From an uncultured Actinomycetes bacterium (GTDB taxonomy: Bacteria; Actinomycetota; Actinomycetes; S36-B12; CAIYMF01): a DNA stretch of 32,000 bases. Positions 1 through 10,210 of the stretch are shown here, in pieces (position 1 is the stretch's first letter; every line of letters begins with the position of its first letter). The stretch is from NCBI GenBank assembly GCA_963843975.1, contig CAWJMG010000003.1, positions 2,220,001 through 2,252,000 of the forward strand, given 5' to 3'. The notes under the pieces were generated by a model that saw nothing but the letters and a program-made list of their open reading frames with translations, was not told the DNA's origin and searched no databases. The position numbers were made by a program, and so were the translations under genes.

Positions 1-1
1 G

Positions 2-268
2 CTCGTGCTGTTCGGCGCCGCGACCAACCGTGTGCCGCTGTCGACGATCGGCGTGCTGCAGTACCTCACGCCGAGCCTGCAGTTCCTGCTCGGCATCTTC
101 GTGTTCGGCGAGCAGATGCCGGCCTCGCGCTGGGTCGGCTTCGCGATCGTGTGGGTCGGGCTCATCGTCTTCACGTGGGACAGCCTGCGCAACGGCCAGG
201 CCAACCGCGCCGGACGCCGGGCCGAGGAGTCCGACGGCGTGCACGAGGGCGTCACCGAGCCGGCCTGA
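2..268 (+). CDS. rarD: C-terminal fragment of a RarD/EamA-family (DMT superfamily) permease; the 5' end lies outside the window
   Basis: The open frame runs off the left edge. The translation LFGAATNRVPLSTIGVLQYLTPSLQFLLGIFVFGEQMPASRWVGFAIVWVGLIVF has the hydrophobic last two TM helices and the LQY..P motif typical of RarD/EamA transporters. Confidence 0.65.
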   Translation, partial: LVLFGAATNRVPLSTIGVLQYLTPSLQFLLGIFVFGEQMPASRWVGFAIVWVGLIVFTWDSLRNGQANRAGRRAEESDGVHEGVTEPA

Positions 269-343
269 TCCGGTCCGACGCACTATCGGGATCCCGGGCG
301 CTGCGTCCCCACTCATGGAAGCCTGGGCACCTCATGCGATGGG

Positions 344-1000
344 GTGCTGATGGGCGGGCAGGCTGTGGTGGCCGCGCTAGCAGCGTGTGCCGCGCTGACC
401 GCGTGCACCTCGCTCCCCGGCACCTCGGCGCCCCGACCGACAGCGGTCGTGAGCACGTCCGCCGCCGACCCCTACGGCTTCGCCTCGGTGCCGTGGCCCG
501 CCGACGAGGATGCCGCGACGGCGTGGCTCGACCGGCTGCCGGCCGAGGTCGAGAGCATGACCAAGGTGGGCGGAGAGCGCGTCAGCAGCGGCTTCGACTT
601 CGTCGTGTACCGCTCGGGTCCGGAGAGCGACGACCGCAGCGTGAGCTGGTCTGTCGACGACCTCGGCGCCGTCAACTCGCTCATGGCGACGCTCGACGTC
701 GGCGACGGCACCGTGCCGTGCGAGCAGTGGCAGTCGTCGCCGTCGCTCGCATCGCTGGGTGGCAAGGCCGGGGAGTCACTGCGCACGGCCCAGCTCGCCC
801 TGCCCGAGACGCTGCCGGAGACCGTGCCGTGGTGGACGTGCACGTTCACCCACGACGACCTCGGGGAGCCGCTCGACCGGGCCGACTGGGAGTGGTACGC
901 CACCTGGGGCTCCGGCACCCGCGCGTTCGCCGTCTCGACCGGTGACGAGGCCGAGCGCGACGCCCTGATCCGAGCAGCCGTCCAGGCTGCCGCCAGCTGA
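344..1000 (+). CDS. Hypothetical lipoprotein with no recognisable domain
   Basis: The 218-aa ORF has a strong G/C third-position bias. The N-terminus MLMGGQAVVAALAACAALTAC contains a lipobox (LTAC). The start could be GTG 344 or ATG 350. It converges on the polyprenyl synthase gene with a 16-nt gap. Confidence 0.6.
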   Translation: MLMGGQAVVAALAACAALTACTSLPGTSAPRPTAVVSTSAADPYGFASVPWPADEDAATAWLDRLPAEVESMTKVGGERVSSGFDFVVYRSGPESDDRSVSWSVDDLGAVNSLMATLDVGDGTVPCEQWQSSPSLASLGGKAGESLRTAQLALPETLPETVPWWTCTFTHDDLGEPLDRADWEWYATWGSGTRAFAVSTGDEAERDALIRAAVQAAAS

Positions 1001-1016
1001 GGCAGGTGCGGAGAAG

Positions 1017-2015
1017 TCAGACGGAGCGGTCGACGACGACGTCGCACATCATCGAGAGCGCGTCGGTCACCGGGCCGGCGGGCAGCGGCGCCAGCTCGGC
1101 GCGGGCGGCCTCGGTCCAGCGGACGAGCTCGGCGCGGGCCTCGGCCATGGCGGGCGAGCTGCGCAGCAGGCCCAGCGCCTCAGCGTGCAGGTCGTCGTCG
1201 ACGAGCGGCTCGGCGAGCAGCCCGCGCAGGCGGGCGCCCTCGGGGTCGGTGCCGCGCAGGGCGAGCAGCACCGGAAGCGTGCGGATGCCCTCGCGCAGAT
1301 CGGTGCCGGGCGTCTTGCCCGACTCCTCCGACTCGCTCGCGATGTCGAGGAGGTCGTCCGAGAGCTGGAATGCGACGCCGAACTTCTCGCCGTACGCCGA
1401 GATCGCCTCGGCCACGCTATGCGGGGCGCCCGAGGTCATGGCACCCATGCGGCCGGCGGCGGCGATGAGCGAGCCGGTCTTGCCACCCAGCACGTCGAGG
1501 TGGTGGACGACGGGGTCCTCGCCCTCGGCCGGGCCGACGGTCTCGCGGATCTGGCCGGTGCAGAGACGCTCGAACGTGCGCGCCTGAAGCCGCACGATGT
1601 CGGTGCCGAGGTCGGCGGCGATGTCGGCCGCGCGGGCGAAGAGGAAGTCGCCGGTGAGGATCGCGACGGTGTTGTCCCAGCGCGCGTTGGCACTCGGGGC
1701 ACCGCGGCGCAGTGGCGCCTCGTCCATCACGTCATCGTGGTACAGAGTCGCGAGGTGCGTCAGCTCGGCCACGACGGCGCCGGGCACGTTGCCCGGGGCG
1801 TCGGCGTCGCCGTACTGCGACGCGACGAGGGCGAGCAGCGGACGGAAGCGCTTGCCGCCCGCGTTCACCAGGTGGCTCGACGCCACGGTGACGAACGGGT
1901 ACTCGCTCGTCACGGCCTTGCGCAGCGCGACCTCGACGTCGTCGAGACCGGTGCGCAGGCGGTCCGCGAGGGCGTCGTCGACGTGCGACAGCCCGAACGG
2001 CAGGGCCTCGGTCAC
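1017..2015 (-). CDS. Polyprenyl diphosphate synthase (trans-isoprenyl diphosphate synthase family), likely supplying the menaquinone side chain
   Basis: 332 aa with both aspartate-rich motifs (LYHDDVMD and FQLSDDLLD). GTG start at 2015 is preceded by GGAGG. It lies directly downstream of nuoN, which is common synteny in actinobacteria. Confidence 0.88.
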   Translation of the reverse strand: MTEALPFGLSHVDDALADRLRTGLDDVEVALRKAVTSEYPFVTVASSHLVNAGGKRFRPLLALVASQYGDADAPGNVPGAVVAELTHLATLYHDDVMDEAPLRRGAPSANARWDNTVAILTGDFLFARAADIAADLGTDIVRLQARTFERLCTGQIRETVGPAEGEDPVVHHLDVLGGKTGSLIAAAGRMGAMTSGAPHSVAEAISAYGEKFGVAFQLSDDLLDIASESEESGKTPGTDLREGIRTLPVLLALRGTDPEGARLRGLLAEPLVDDDLHAEALGLLRSSPAMAEARAELVRWTEAARAELAPLPAGPVTDALSMMCDVVVDRSV

Positions 2016-2049
2016 GCGGAACGCCTCCTGGGGATGATGGTGCGGGCGA

Positions 2050-3609
2050 TCAGCGGACGAAGACGCCGGCCTGGTCGACGAGCTGCAGCACGAGCTGCGG
2101 CAGCACGCCGATGACCAGCGTCAGCGCCACGGTGATCGTGATCGCGAACGTCGTGAAGCTGCTCGGGATGACCACGCTAGCCCCACCGTCCGCGGGCGGC
2201 TCGTTGAAGAACATGAGCACGATCACGCGGATGTAGAAGAACGCAGCAACGGCTGAGGCCACCACGCCGATGATCACGACCGGGGTCGCGCCGCCGGCGA
2301 TGCCAGCGGTGAAGACCGCGAACTTTCCGGTGAAGCCGCTCGTGAGCGGGATGCCCGCGAACGCCAGCAGGAACAGCGCGAACGCGCTGGCCACGAGCGG
2401 CGACTTCTTCCCGAGGCCCGCCCAGGCCGAGAGGTGCGTGGCCTCGCCGGTCGAGTCACGGACGAGCGTGACGACCGCGAAGGCGCCGATCGTCGCGATG
2501 CCGTACGCGAGCAGGTAGACGAGCGTGCCCTTGAGGCCCGCCGCGCTCGTCGCGAGGACGCCGACGAGCATGAAGCCGGCCTGAGCGATCGAGGAGTAGG
2601 CGAGCATGCGCTTGATGTCGGTCTGCGTCAGCGCGAACACCGTGCCGACGATCATCGTGAGACCGGCGATCACGTACATCGCCGGGCGCCAGTCCCAGCG
2701 GATGCCGCCGAGCGCGACGTACATGACGCGCAGCAAGGCGCCGAACGCGGCGACCTTCGTGCACGCAGCCATGAAGCCGGTGATCGAGGTGGGCGAGCCC
2801 TGGTAGACGTCGGGCGTCCACTGATGGAACGGCGCGGCGCCGATCTTGAACAGCAGGCCGACCATCAGCAGCGCGGTGCCGGCGACCACGAGGCCGCTCT
2901 CGCCCGCGTTGGCGGTGAGCGCGTCGGCGATGCCCTTGAGGTCGACGGTGCCGGCGAAGCCGTAGAGCAGCGCCGTGCCGTAGAGGAAGAACGCCGAGGA
3001 GAACGCGCCCAGCACGAAGTACTTGAGCGAGGCCTCCTGCGAGAGCAGGCGACGACGTCGGGCGAGGCCGGCGAGGATGTACAGCGGCAGCGAGACGACC
3101 TCGAGCGCGACGAACATCGTCAGCAGGTCGGTGGATGCCGGGAAGAGCAGCATGCCGCCGACGCTGAAGAGGAACAGCGGCCACACCTCGGTCTGGAACC
3201 AGCCGAGACGGGTGAACTCCTGCTCCTCCTCCGAGCCCGGCAGCGCCGAGGCACGGGGGGCGAACGCGTCGCCGGCGGGGTCGACCTGACGCTCGGCCAT
3301 CACCAGCGCGGCGATGAAGGCGAGCACGAGGATCGTGCCCTGCATGAACAGCGTGGGGCCGTCGACAGCGACCGAGCCCTCGGCCACGACCGCACGGGTC
3401 TCCCGCTGGAAGATCACGAACGCGAAGGCGGCGACCAGCGTGGCGAAGGTCAGCATGAGCTGGATCGGACGACGGCTGCGCAGCGGCAGGAACGCCTCGA
3501 GCAGCACCGAGACCACGGCGCCGCCGAGCACGATCAGGATGGGGGCGAGCGCCGCGTACTCGATCGTGGGGACCTCGAACGTCCCCGAGGCGGCGAGGAT
3601 GGCGCTCAC
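2050..3609 (-). CDS. nuoN: NADH-quinone oxidoreductase subunit N
   Basis: 519-aa polytopic antiporter-like protein and last gene of the nuo operon. The GTG start at 3609 overlaps the nuoM stop (GTGA). Confidence 0.92.
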   Translation of the reverse strand: MSAILAASGTFEVPTIEYAALAPILIVLGGAVVSVLLEAFLPLRSRRPIQLMLTFATLVAAFAFVIFQRETRAVVAEGSVAVDGPTLFMQGTILVLAFIAALVMAERQVDPAGDAFAPRASALPGSEEEQEFTRLGWFQTEVWPLFLFSVGGMLLFPASTDLLTMFVALEVVSLPLYILAGLARRRRLLSQEASLKYFVLGAFSSAFFLYGTALLYGFAGTVDLKGIADALTANAGESGLVVAGTALLMVGLLFKIGAAPFHQWTPDVYQGSPTSITGFMAACTKVAAFGALLRVMYVALGGIRWDWRPAMYVIAGLTMIVGTVFALTQTDIKRMLAYSSIAQAGFMLVGVLATSAAGLKGTLVYLLAYGIATIGAFAVVTLVRDSTGEATHLSAWAGLGKKSPLVASAFALFLLAFAGIPLTSGFTGKFAVFTAGIAGGATPVVIIGVVASAVAAFFYIRVIVLMFFNEPPADGGASVVIPSSFTTFAITITVALTLVIGVLPQLVLQLVDQAGVFVR

Positions 3610-5147
3610 GGCTGTGTCCCTTCCGCGACCGGCGCCACCTGCGGCGCCGGGTCGGTGGCCCCGACCGCGGTCATGACGCGGTCGACGGCCGGATTGATGA
3701 CGTCGAGCACAGGCTTCGGGTAGAAGCCGAGCGCGATGATGACGACGAGGAGCGGGGCGATCGCGAGGACCTCACGGCCCCGCAGGTCGACGACCTTCTC
3801 CTTCACGACCTCGGGCGTCTCGCCCGTCATCGTGCGCTGGTACATGAGCAGGATGTAGAGCGCGGCGAGCACGATGCCGAGGGTGGCGACGACGCCGATC
3901 CACGGGTAGCGCTCGAACGTGCCCTGCAGCACCAGGAACTCGCTGACGAAGCTCGACAGGCCCGGTAGCGCGAGCGACGACAGGCCGGCGACGAGGAACG
4001 TGCCCGCCAGGATCGGCGCCACCTTCTGGACGCCGCCGAAGTCGTCGATCATCCGCGAGCCGCGACGGCTGATGAGGAATCCGCCGATGAGGAACAGCGC
4101 CGCCGTCGAGAAGCCGTGGTTGACCATGTACAGCGCCGAGCCGCTCTGGCCGCGCGAGGTCATCACGAAGATGCCGAGCGCGATGAAGCCGAAGTGCGAC
4201 ACCGAGGTGTAGGCGATGAGGCGCTTGATGTCCTGCTGGCCGATCGCGAGCAGCGCGCCGTAGATGATGCCGATGACCGCGAGCGCGATCACGAGCGGCG
4301 TCGCCCAGGTGGAGGCCTCGGGGAAGAGCTCGAGGCAGTAGCGCAGCATGCCGAACGTGCCGACCTTGTCGAGCACGCCGACGAGCAGCACCGCGGTGCC
4401 GGGGGTCGACTCGGCCGCGGCGTCGGGCAGCCACGTGTGGAACGGCACGAGCGGAGCCTTGATCGCGAAGGCGATGAAGAAGCCGACGAACAGCCACTTC
4501 TGCGTGTTCGGGTCGATCGTGAGCCCGGCGAGCGCAGTGAAGTCGAACGTGCCGGTGCCGAGCTGCTCGGCGGACACGACGTACAGGCCGATGAGCGAGG
4601 CCAGCATCAGCAGGCCGCCGAACAGCGAGTACAGCAGGAACTTCACCGCGGCGTAGTTGCGGCGCTGGCCGCCGTACCGCCCGATCAGGAAGTAGACCGG
4701 GACGAGCATGGCCTCGAAGAAGACGTAGAACAGGAACACGTCGGTCGCGGCGAAGACGCCGATCATCGCCGCCTCGAGCACGAGGATCAGCGCGACGTAG
4801 CCCTTGACCGAGCCGCGGGCACCGTCGGCGTCGTTCCAGCCCGCGAGCAGGACGATCGGGACCAGCGACGTCGACAGCGCGACGAGCACGAGCGCGATGC
4901 CGTCGAGGCCCATCGCGAAGTTGACGCCGAACGACGGGATCCAGGAGTACGAGAACCCGAGCTGGAAGTCGGCAGCCATGGCGGCGTCGAACTTCAGCGC
5001 CGCCGCGATCGTGATGAGGAAGGTCAGCAGCGAGAAGCCGATGCCGACCTGCTTGGCCAGGGTGGGGTTGCCCTTGGGCAGCAGCATGACCGCCACCGCG
5101 CCGACGAGCGGCGCGAGGAACAGCACGAGGAGCCAGTTGAAGGTCAT
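3606..5147 (-). CDS. nuoM: NADH-quinone oxidoreductase subunit M
   Basis: Antiporter-like subunit of 513 aa starting MTFNWLLVLFLAPLVGAVAV at ATG 5147. The 900-aa track ORF is an N-terminal over-extension running out of frame through nuoL. The span is a multiple of 3. Confidence 0.92.
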   Translation of the reverse strand: MTFNWLLVLFLAPLVGAVAVMLLPKGNPTLAKQVGIGFSLLTFLITIAAALKFDAAMAADFQLGFSYSWIPSFGVNFAMGLDGIALVLVALSTSLVPIVLLAGWNDADGARGSVKGYVALILVLEAAMIGVFAATDVFLFYVFFEAMLVPVYFLIGRYGGQRRNYAAVKFLLYSLFGGLLMLASLIGLYVVSAEQLGTGTFDFTALAGLTIDPNTQKWLFVGFFIAFAIKAPLVPFHTWLPDAAAESTPGTAVLLVGVLDKVGTFGMLRYCLELFPEASTWATPLVIALAVIGIIYGALLAIGQQDIKRLIAYTSVSHFGFIALGIFVMTSRGQSGSALYMVNHGFSTAALFLIGGFLISRRGSRMIDDFGGVQKVAPILAGTFLVAGLSSLALPGLSSFVSEFLVLQGTFERYPWIGVVATLGIVLAALYILLMYQRTMTGETPEVVKEKVVDLRGREVLAIAPLLVVIIALGFYPKPVLDVINPAVDRVMTAVGATDPAPQVAPVAEGTQP

Positions 5148-5149
5148 GG

Positions 5150-7081
5150 CTACAGCCTCACCAGGACGAGGGCGAAGACCACGAGAGCGGCACCGCCGAG
5201 CATGGACAGCGCGTACGAGCGCGTGAAGCCCGTCTGCAGGCGCCTCGCGCGGCCCGAGAGGCCGCCGATCGTGGCCGCGGTGCCGTTGACGACGCCGTCG
5301 ACCACGCGGTTGTCGAACCAGACCAGCCACCGCGTGAGGTACTGGCCGGGGCGCATGAAGACCGCCTCGTTGAACGCGTCGCCGTAGAGGTCGGCGCGCG
5401 CCGCGCGGGTGAGGAGGTTGCCGGCGGGGGCGACGACGGGGACGGACCGGCGGGCGTAGAGCACCCAGCCGAGCGCCGCACCGACGAGGACCACCGCGAG
5501 CGTGATGGCGGTGAGAGCGGCGACCGGGATGCCGATCTCCGGCTCCTTGAAGCCGAGCACCGGCTCGAGCCAGTGCTCGATGCCGTTGTTGAACGCGAGC
5601 GCGAAGCCGGCGACCGTCGAGAGGAACGCGAGGATCGCGATCGGGCCGGTCATGATCGCGGGCGACTCGTGCGGGTGCGCGTCGTCCTCCCAGCGGGCCT
5701 TGCCGAAGAACGTCATCGCGACCAGGCGCGTCATGTAGAACGCCGTGATGCCCGCGCCGAGGAGCGTGACGAGGCCGGTGAGGGTGTTCACCGAGAACGC
5801 GGCCTCGATGATCTTGTCCTTGGAGAAGAAGCCGGCGAACGGCGGGATGCCGAGGATGGCGAGGTAGCCGGCCATGAATGTGATCCAGGTGACCACCATG
5901 ACCGCGCGGAGACCGCCGTACCTGCGCATGTTCACGGTGTCGTTCATGCCGTGCATGACCGAGCCCGCGCCGAGGAACATCGTGGCCTTGAAGAAGCCGT
6001 GCGTGACCAGGTGGAAGATCGCGAAGACGTAGCCCACCGGGCCGAGGCCGGCTGCCAGGATCATGTAGCCGATCTGGCTCATCGTCGAGCCGGCGAGGGC
6101 CTTCTTGATGTCGTCCTTCGCGCATCCGATGACCGCACCCATGAGGAGCGTGATCGCACCGATGATCACCACGGCGGTCTGCGCAGTGGGCGCGGCGTCG
6201 AAGATCGCGTTCGAGCGCGCGATCAGGTAGACGCCGGCGGTGACCATCGTGGCCGCGTGGATGAGGGCCGAGACCGGGGTCGGGCCCTCCATCGCGTCCA
6301 GCAGCCACGACTGCAGCGGGAACTGCGCCGACTTGCCGCAGGCGGCGAGCAGGAGCGCGAGGCCGATCCAGGTGAGCTGGGGCTCGCTGGCGCTCGCGGC
6401 GTTCGTGAGGACGCCGTCGAAGGTGACCGAGCCGAAGGTGACGAACATCAGCATCACGGCGAGCGAGAGGCCGACGTCACCGACGCGGTTGACGACGAAG
6501 GCCTTCTTGGACGCGACGGCCGCGGAGTCCTTGTAGAACCAGAAGCCGATGAGCAGGTACGACGCGAGACCGACGCCCTCCCACCCGACGTACAGGAGGA
6601 GGTAGTTGTTCGCGAGGACGAGCAGCAGCATCGACGCCACGAACAGGTTGAGGTAGGCGAAGAAGCGCCGACGGTCGTGGTCGTGGCTCATGTAGCCCAC
6701 GGAGTAGATGTGGATCAGCGTGCCGACGCCGGTGATCAGCAGGACGAACGTCATCGACAGCTGGTCGACGCGCAGGTCGAACGGCACGTTGAAGGTGCCG
6801 ACCGCGATCCAGTCGAAGAGGTGCTGCGTGACGGTGCGCTCCTCGGCGCCCCGGCCGAGGAGGCCGAAGAACAGAAGCGCGGCGACGACGAAGGACCCGC
6901 CGGACATGAGGACGCCCAGCCAGTGGCCCCAGCGGTCGGTGCGCCGACCGCCGAGCAGGAGCACGGCGGCTCCGAGCAGCGGCAGCCCGACGAGCAGCCA
7001 GGTCAGCGTGAACACCCCGCCCGCTTCGGCCGCTGTTGCGACCTCGGCGACCGTGGCGAGCCCGCCCGAGAACGGTGACAC
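5150..7081 (-). CDS. nuoL: NADH-quinone oxidoreductase subunit L
   Basis: 643-aa antiporter-like subunit with a long C-terminal region. GTG start at 7081 lies 13 nt after the nuoK stop, with AAGGGG upstream. Confidence 0.92.
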   Translation of the reverse strand: MSPFSGGLATVAEVATAAEAGGVFTLTWLLVGLPLLGAAVLLLGGRRTDRWGHWLGVLMSGGSFVVAALLFFGLLGRGAEERTVTQHLFDWIAVGTFNVPFDLRVDQLSMTFVLLITGVGTLIHIYSVGYMSHDHDRRRFFAYLNLFVASMLLLVLANNYLLLYVGWEGVGLASYLLIGFWFYKDSAAVASKKAFVVNRVGDVGLSLAVMLMFVTFGSVTFDGVLTNAASASEPQLTWIGLALLLAACGKSAQFPLQSWLLDAMEGPTPVSALIHAATMVTAGVYLIARSNAIFDAAPTAQTAVVIIGAITLLMGAVIGCAKDDIKKALAGSTMSQIGYMILAAGLGPVGYVFAIFHLVTHGFFKATMFLGAGSVMHGMNDTVNMRRYGGLRAVMVVTWITFMAGYLAILGIPPFAGFFSKDKIIEAAFSVNTLTGLVTLLGAGITAFYMTRLVAMTFFGKARWEDDAHPHESPAIMTGPIAILAFLSTVAGFALAFNNGIEHWLEPVLGFKEPEIGIPVAALTAITLAVVLVGAALGWVLYARRSVPVVAPAGNLLTRAARADLYGDAFNEAVFMRPGQYLTRWLVWFDNRVVDGVVNGTAATIGGLSGRARRLQTGFTRSYALSMLGGAALVVFALVLVRL

Positions 7082-7094
7082 GACGGCAGACCCC

Positions 7095-7394
7095 TTAGTA
7101 CTTCAGCAGGTTGGCTTCGTCGACCGAGGCCGACCGGCGGGTACGGAAGATCGTCATGATGATCGCGAGACCGACCACGACCTCCGCGGCGGCCACGACC
7201 ATCACGAAGAACGCGATGACCTGCCCGTCGAGGTTGCCGTGGATGCGGGCGAACGAGACGAACGCGAGGTTCGACGCGTTGAGCATCAGCTCGACGCACA
7301 TGAAGAGCACGATGGCGTTGCGCCGCACCAGCACGCCGAGCGCGCCGATGCTGAACAGGATCGCCGACAGGTAGAGGTAGTTCGACGGGTTCAC
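7095..7394 (-). CDS. nuoK: NADH-quinone oxidoreductase subunit K
   Basis: 99-aa protein with three TM helices, [29 protein letters not shown]...CVELMLNA. Its GTG start overlaps the nuoJ stop (GTGA). Confidence 0.93.
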   Translation of the reverse strand: MNPSNYLYLSAILFSIGALGVLVRRNAIVLFMCVELMLNASNLAFVSFARIHGNLDGQVIAFFVMVVAAAEVVVGLAIIMTIFRTRRSASVDEANLLKY

Positions 7395-8245
7395 CGGTGG
7401 CCCCCTTCCTCGTGAGCGATGTCCTCGGCGCCGAGGACGTGCTCGCCCTCGGGCCCGACCGCGCCGCCCTGGGCGAGCGCGTTCACACGCTGGGTGTCCG
7501 CGTGGTCGACGCCGACGCGCGCGCTGACCCCGCGGAGCGGCTCCGGCACCGAGCGGTCGGTGGGCGTGCCGTCCGGCAGCAGGGCCGGGGTGCCGACCGC
7601 GTTGTGACGGGCGTAGACGCCGGGGCCCGGGAGGTTCTGGGCGTGGCCCGAGCGCACGCGCTCGGCGGCCAGCTCCGCCTGGGTCTTGCGGGCGGTCGCC
7701 CGCTCGCGGTGCGCCAGCACCATCGCGCCGAGCGCGGCGGTGATGAGCAGCGCGGACGTGACCTCGAACGCGAGGACGTAGCGGCCGAAGATCAGGCGGG
7801 CGATGCCCTGGATGTTGCCGCCGTCCGCGTTGTTGGCGACCCCGAGGCCCTCGGCGTCCGACGTGATGGCGGAGCCGACGGCCGTGGCGATCAGGCCGAA
7901 GAAGCCGAGGCCGAACAGGATCGCCGCCACTCGCTGGCCCTTGATCGTCTCGACGAGGGAGTCGTTGGAGTCGACGCCGACGATCATGAGGACGAACAGG
8001 AACAGCATCATCACGGCGCCGGTGTAGACGATGATCTGCACCATGCCGAGGAACGGCGCCTCGAGCGAGACGTAGAGGACGGCGAGGCTGATCATCGTCG
8101 CGGCGATCGACAGCGCGCTGTGCACCGCCTTCTTCGACAGCAGCATGCCGAGGGCGCCAACGACGGCGACGAACGCGCAGACCCAGAAGACGATCTGCTC
8201 GCCGGTGTTGCCGCTGGTCTCGACGGCAGCGAGGAGCGAGGTCAT
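7391..8245 (-). CDS. nuoJ: NADH-quinone oxidoreductase subunit J (long actinobacterial C-terminal tail)
   Basis: 284 aa from ATG 8245 ([45 protein letters not shown]). The start overlaps the nuoI stop (ATGA). The longer 428-aa track ORF is out-of-frame read-through of nuoI. Confidence 0.9.
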   Translation of the reverse strand: MTSLLAAVETSGNTGEQIVFWVCAFVAVVGALGMLLSKKAVHSALSIAATMISLAVLYVSLEAPFLGMVQIIVYTGAVMMLFLFVLMIVGVDSNDSLVETIKGQRVAAILFGLGFFGLIATAVGSAITSDAEGLGVANNADGGNIQGIARLIFGRYVLAFEVTSALLITAALGAMVLAHRERATARKTQAELAAERVRSGHAQNLPGPGVYARHNAVGTPALLPDGTPTDRSVPEPLRGVSARVGVDHADTQRVNALAQGGAVGPEGEHVLGAEDIAHEEGGHR

Positions 8246-8835
8246 GCCGTCACCTCTTCGTCGTTCGAGCGCGGACCGGTCCACGTACCGGCCCGGCGGG
8301 CCTCGACCTCGCCCACCTGCACGGCGACCGCGCCGGTGACCTTGCCGAGGTAGTAGTCGGTCTCGGTGGTGCCGGGCACCATCGCGTGCGGCGGGGCAGC
8401 CATGCCGCCGAGGAGCGGGCCGAGGAGGTCCTGCTTCTCGTAGATGAGGTCGGCACGGTTGTCGTCGGCCAGCTCGTACTCGTTGGTCATCGTGAGCGCC
8501 CGGGTCGGGCACGCCTCGATGCACAGGCCGCAGAAGATGCAGCGCAGGTAGTTGATCTGGTAGACGCGGCCGTAGCGCTCGCCGGGGCTGAAGCGCTCCT
8601 CGTCGGTGTTGTCCGCGCCCTCGACGTAGATCGCGTCGGCCGGGCAGGCCCACGCGCACAGCTCGCAGCCGATGCACCGCTCGAGGCCGTCGGGGTGACG
8701 GTTGAGCTGGTGGCGGCCGTGGTAGCGCGGGCGGACCGGCGTGATGACGTCCGGGTACTGCTCGGTGACCACCCGCTTGAACATCTGGGTGAACGGCACA
8801 CCGAAGCCGCGGAAGAAGCGGCGCTCGTCACTCAT
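8242..8835 (-). CDS. nuoI: NADH-quinone oxidoreductase subunit I (2x[4Fe-4S] ferredoxin)
   Basis: Two ferredoxin-type cysteine motifs are present ([12 protein letters not shown] and [12 protein letters not shown]). I take the start at ATG 8835 ([10 protein letters not shown]...), which overlaps the nuoH stop in ATGAGTGA. The track start at 8865 is possible but less likely. Confidence 0.9.
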   Translation of the reverse strand: MSDERRFFRGFGVPFTQMFKRVVTEQYPDVITPVRPRYHGRHQLNRHPDGLERCIGCELCAWACPADAIYVEGADNTDEERFSPGERYGRVYQINYLRCIFCGLCIEACPTRALTMTNEYELADDNRADLIYEKQDLLGPLLGGMAAPPHAMVPGTTETDYYLGKVTGAVAVQVGEVEARRAGTWTGPRSNDEEVTA

Positions 8836-10210
8836 CGGTGCTCTCCTCCCCCTCGGTGCCGGCATCGACGGCGACCAGGTCGTCCCCAGCGGGGACGGCG
8901 GTCGCCGCGACGGTCGCCTTGGCGCGACGGGTCACGATCAGCTCCTGACCGGGGAGGGGCGGGACGGGATGGCCGCCCGCGAACGGATCGAACGGCCCGG
9001 GCTCGGCGACCTCGTCCTTGCCGGAGCCGCTGCGGACGTCGAGGACGAACGCGAAGACGGCGACGACCGCGAGGATCAGGCCGCCCCACAGCAGGACCGG
9101 CCGCAGCTCGAAGCCGGACTGGTTGGTGAGCGCGCGCATCGTGGCGACGAGCAGGATCCACACGATCGAGACCGGGATCAGGACACGCCAGCCGAACTTC
9201 ATGAACTGGTCGTAGCGCAGGCGAGGGAGCGTGCCCCGCAGCCAGACGAAGACGAAGAGGATCGCGTAGATCTTCAGGATGAACCACAGCACCGGCCACC
9301 AGCCCTGGTTGGCGCCGGGCCAGATGGTGGAGATCGGCGCGGGCATCGCCCAGCCGCCGAGGAACAGCGTCGTGGCCACGGCCGAGACGTTGATCATGTT
9401 GATGTACTCGGCGAGGTAGAACGACGCCCAGCGCAGGCCGGAGTACTCCGTGAAGTAGCCGGCGACGAGCTCGCCCTCGGCCTCGGGGAGGTCGAACGGC
9501 GCGCGGTTGGTCTCGCCGACCATCGCGATCAGGTAGATCACGAACGACACCGGCAGCAGCAGGGCGAACCAGCTGTTGAGCTCGAGGCCGAACAGCGAGA
9601 ACGTCTCCGCCTGGCTCGCGACGATCTGCGAGGTCGACATCGAGCTCGAGTAGAGGAACACCGCGACGAACGACAGGCCCATCGCGATCTCGTAGGAGAT
9701 CATCTGCGCGCTCGAGCGCAGGCCGCCGAGGAGGGAGTACGTCGAGCCCGACGACCAGCCGGCGAGCACGATGCCGTAGATGCCGATCGACGCGATCGCG
9801 AGGATGTAGAGCACAGACACCGGGAAGTCGGTGATCTGCAGCGGCGTCTCGACGCCGAACATCGACACGACCGGGCCGACGGGGATGACGGCGAACACGA
9901 GGAACGCCGAGATCGCCGAGATCGCCGGGGCAATCAGGTAGACGAGCCGGTCGGCGTTCGCCGGCGTGATGCCCTCCTTGAGGGCGAGCTTGATGCCGTC
10001 GTAGATCGGCGTCAGCAGGCCGAACGGGCCCCAGCGGTTCGGGCCGGAGCGCTGCTGCATGCGCGCGACGACCTTGCGCTCGAACCACGTCGTGAAGAGC
10101 GTGAGCAGGATCAGGGCGAGGAAGACCACCACGACCTTGATCAGCGTGAGCCAGAAGGGGTCCTGCCCGAAGATGGACAGGTCGCCCTTCGCCGCAGCCA
10201 GGGTGTTCAC
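8828..10210 (-). CDS. nuoH: NADH-quinone oxidoreductase subunit H
   Basis: 460 aa from GTG 10210 ([26 protein letters not shown]...), overlapping the nuoG stop (GTGA). Typical NuoH/ND1 membrane core followed by a ~70-aa hydrophilic C-terminal tail. Confidence 0.9.
   Translation of the reverse strand: MNTLAAAKGDLSIFGQDPFWLTLIKVVVVFLALILLTLFTTWFERKVVARMQQRSGPNRWGPFGLLTPIYDGIKLALKEGITPANADRLVYLIAPAISAISAFLVFAVIPVGPVVSMFGVETPLQITDFPVSVLYILAIASIGIYGIVLAGWSSGSTYSLLGGLRSSAQMISYEIAMGLSFVAVFLYSSSMSTSQIVASQAETFSLFGLELNSWFALLLPVSFVIYLIAMVGETNRAPFDLPEAEGELVAGYFTEYSGLRWASFYLAEYINMINVSAVATTLFLGGWAMPAPISTIWPGANQGWWPVLWFILKIYAILFVFVWLRGTLPRLRYDQFMKFGWRVLIPVSIVWILLVATMRALTNQSGFELRPVLLWGGLILAVVAVFAFVLDVRSGSGKDEVAEPGPFDPFAGGHPVPPLPGQELIVTRRAKATVAATAVPAGDDLVAVDAGTEGEESTDE

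Noticed and set aside
3606-6308. Over-long track ORFs for nuoM (900 aa), nuoJ (7391-8677), nuoH (8828-10300), nuoD (14729-16459), ccsA (27940-29364), resB (28935-31268) and ccdA (30542-31699)
   Set aside because: Their N-terminal extensions are Arg/Pro/His-rich read-throughs of the upstream gene in a wrong frame. In each case a start codon sits exactly at a 4-nt ATGA/GTGA overlap with the upstream stop and yields a normal-length, normal-looking N-terminus.
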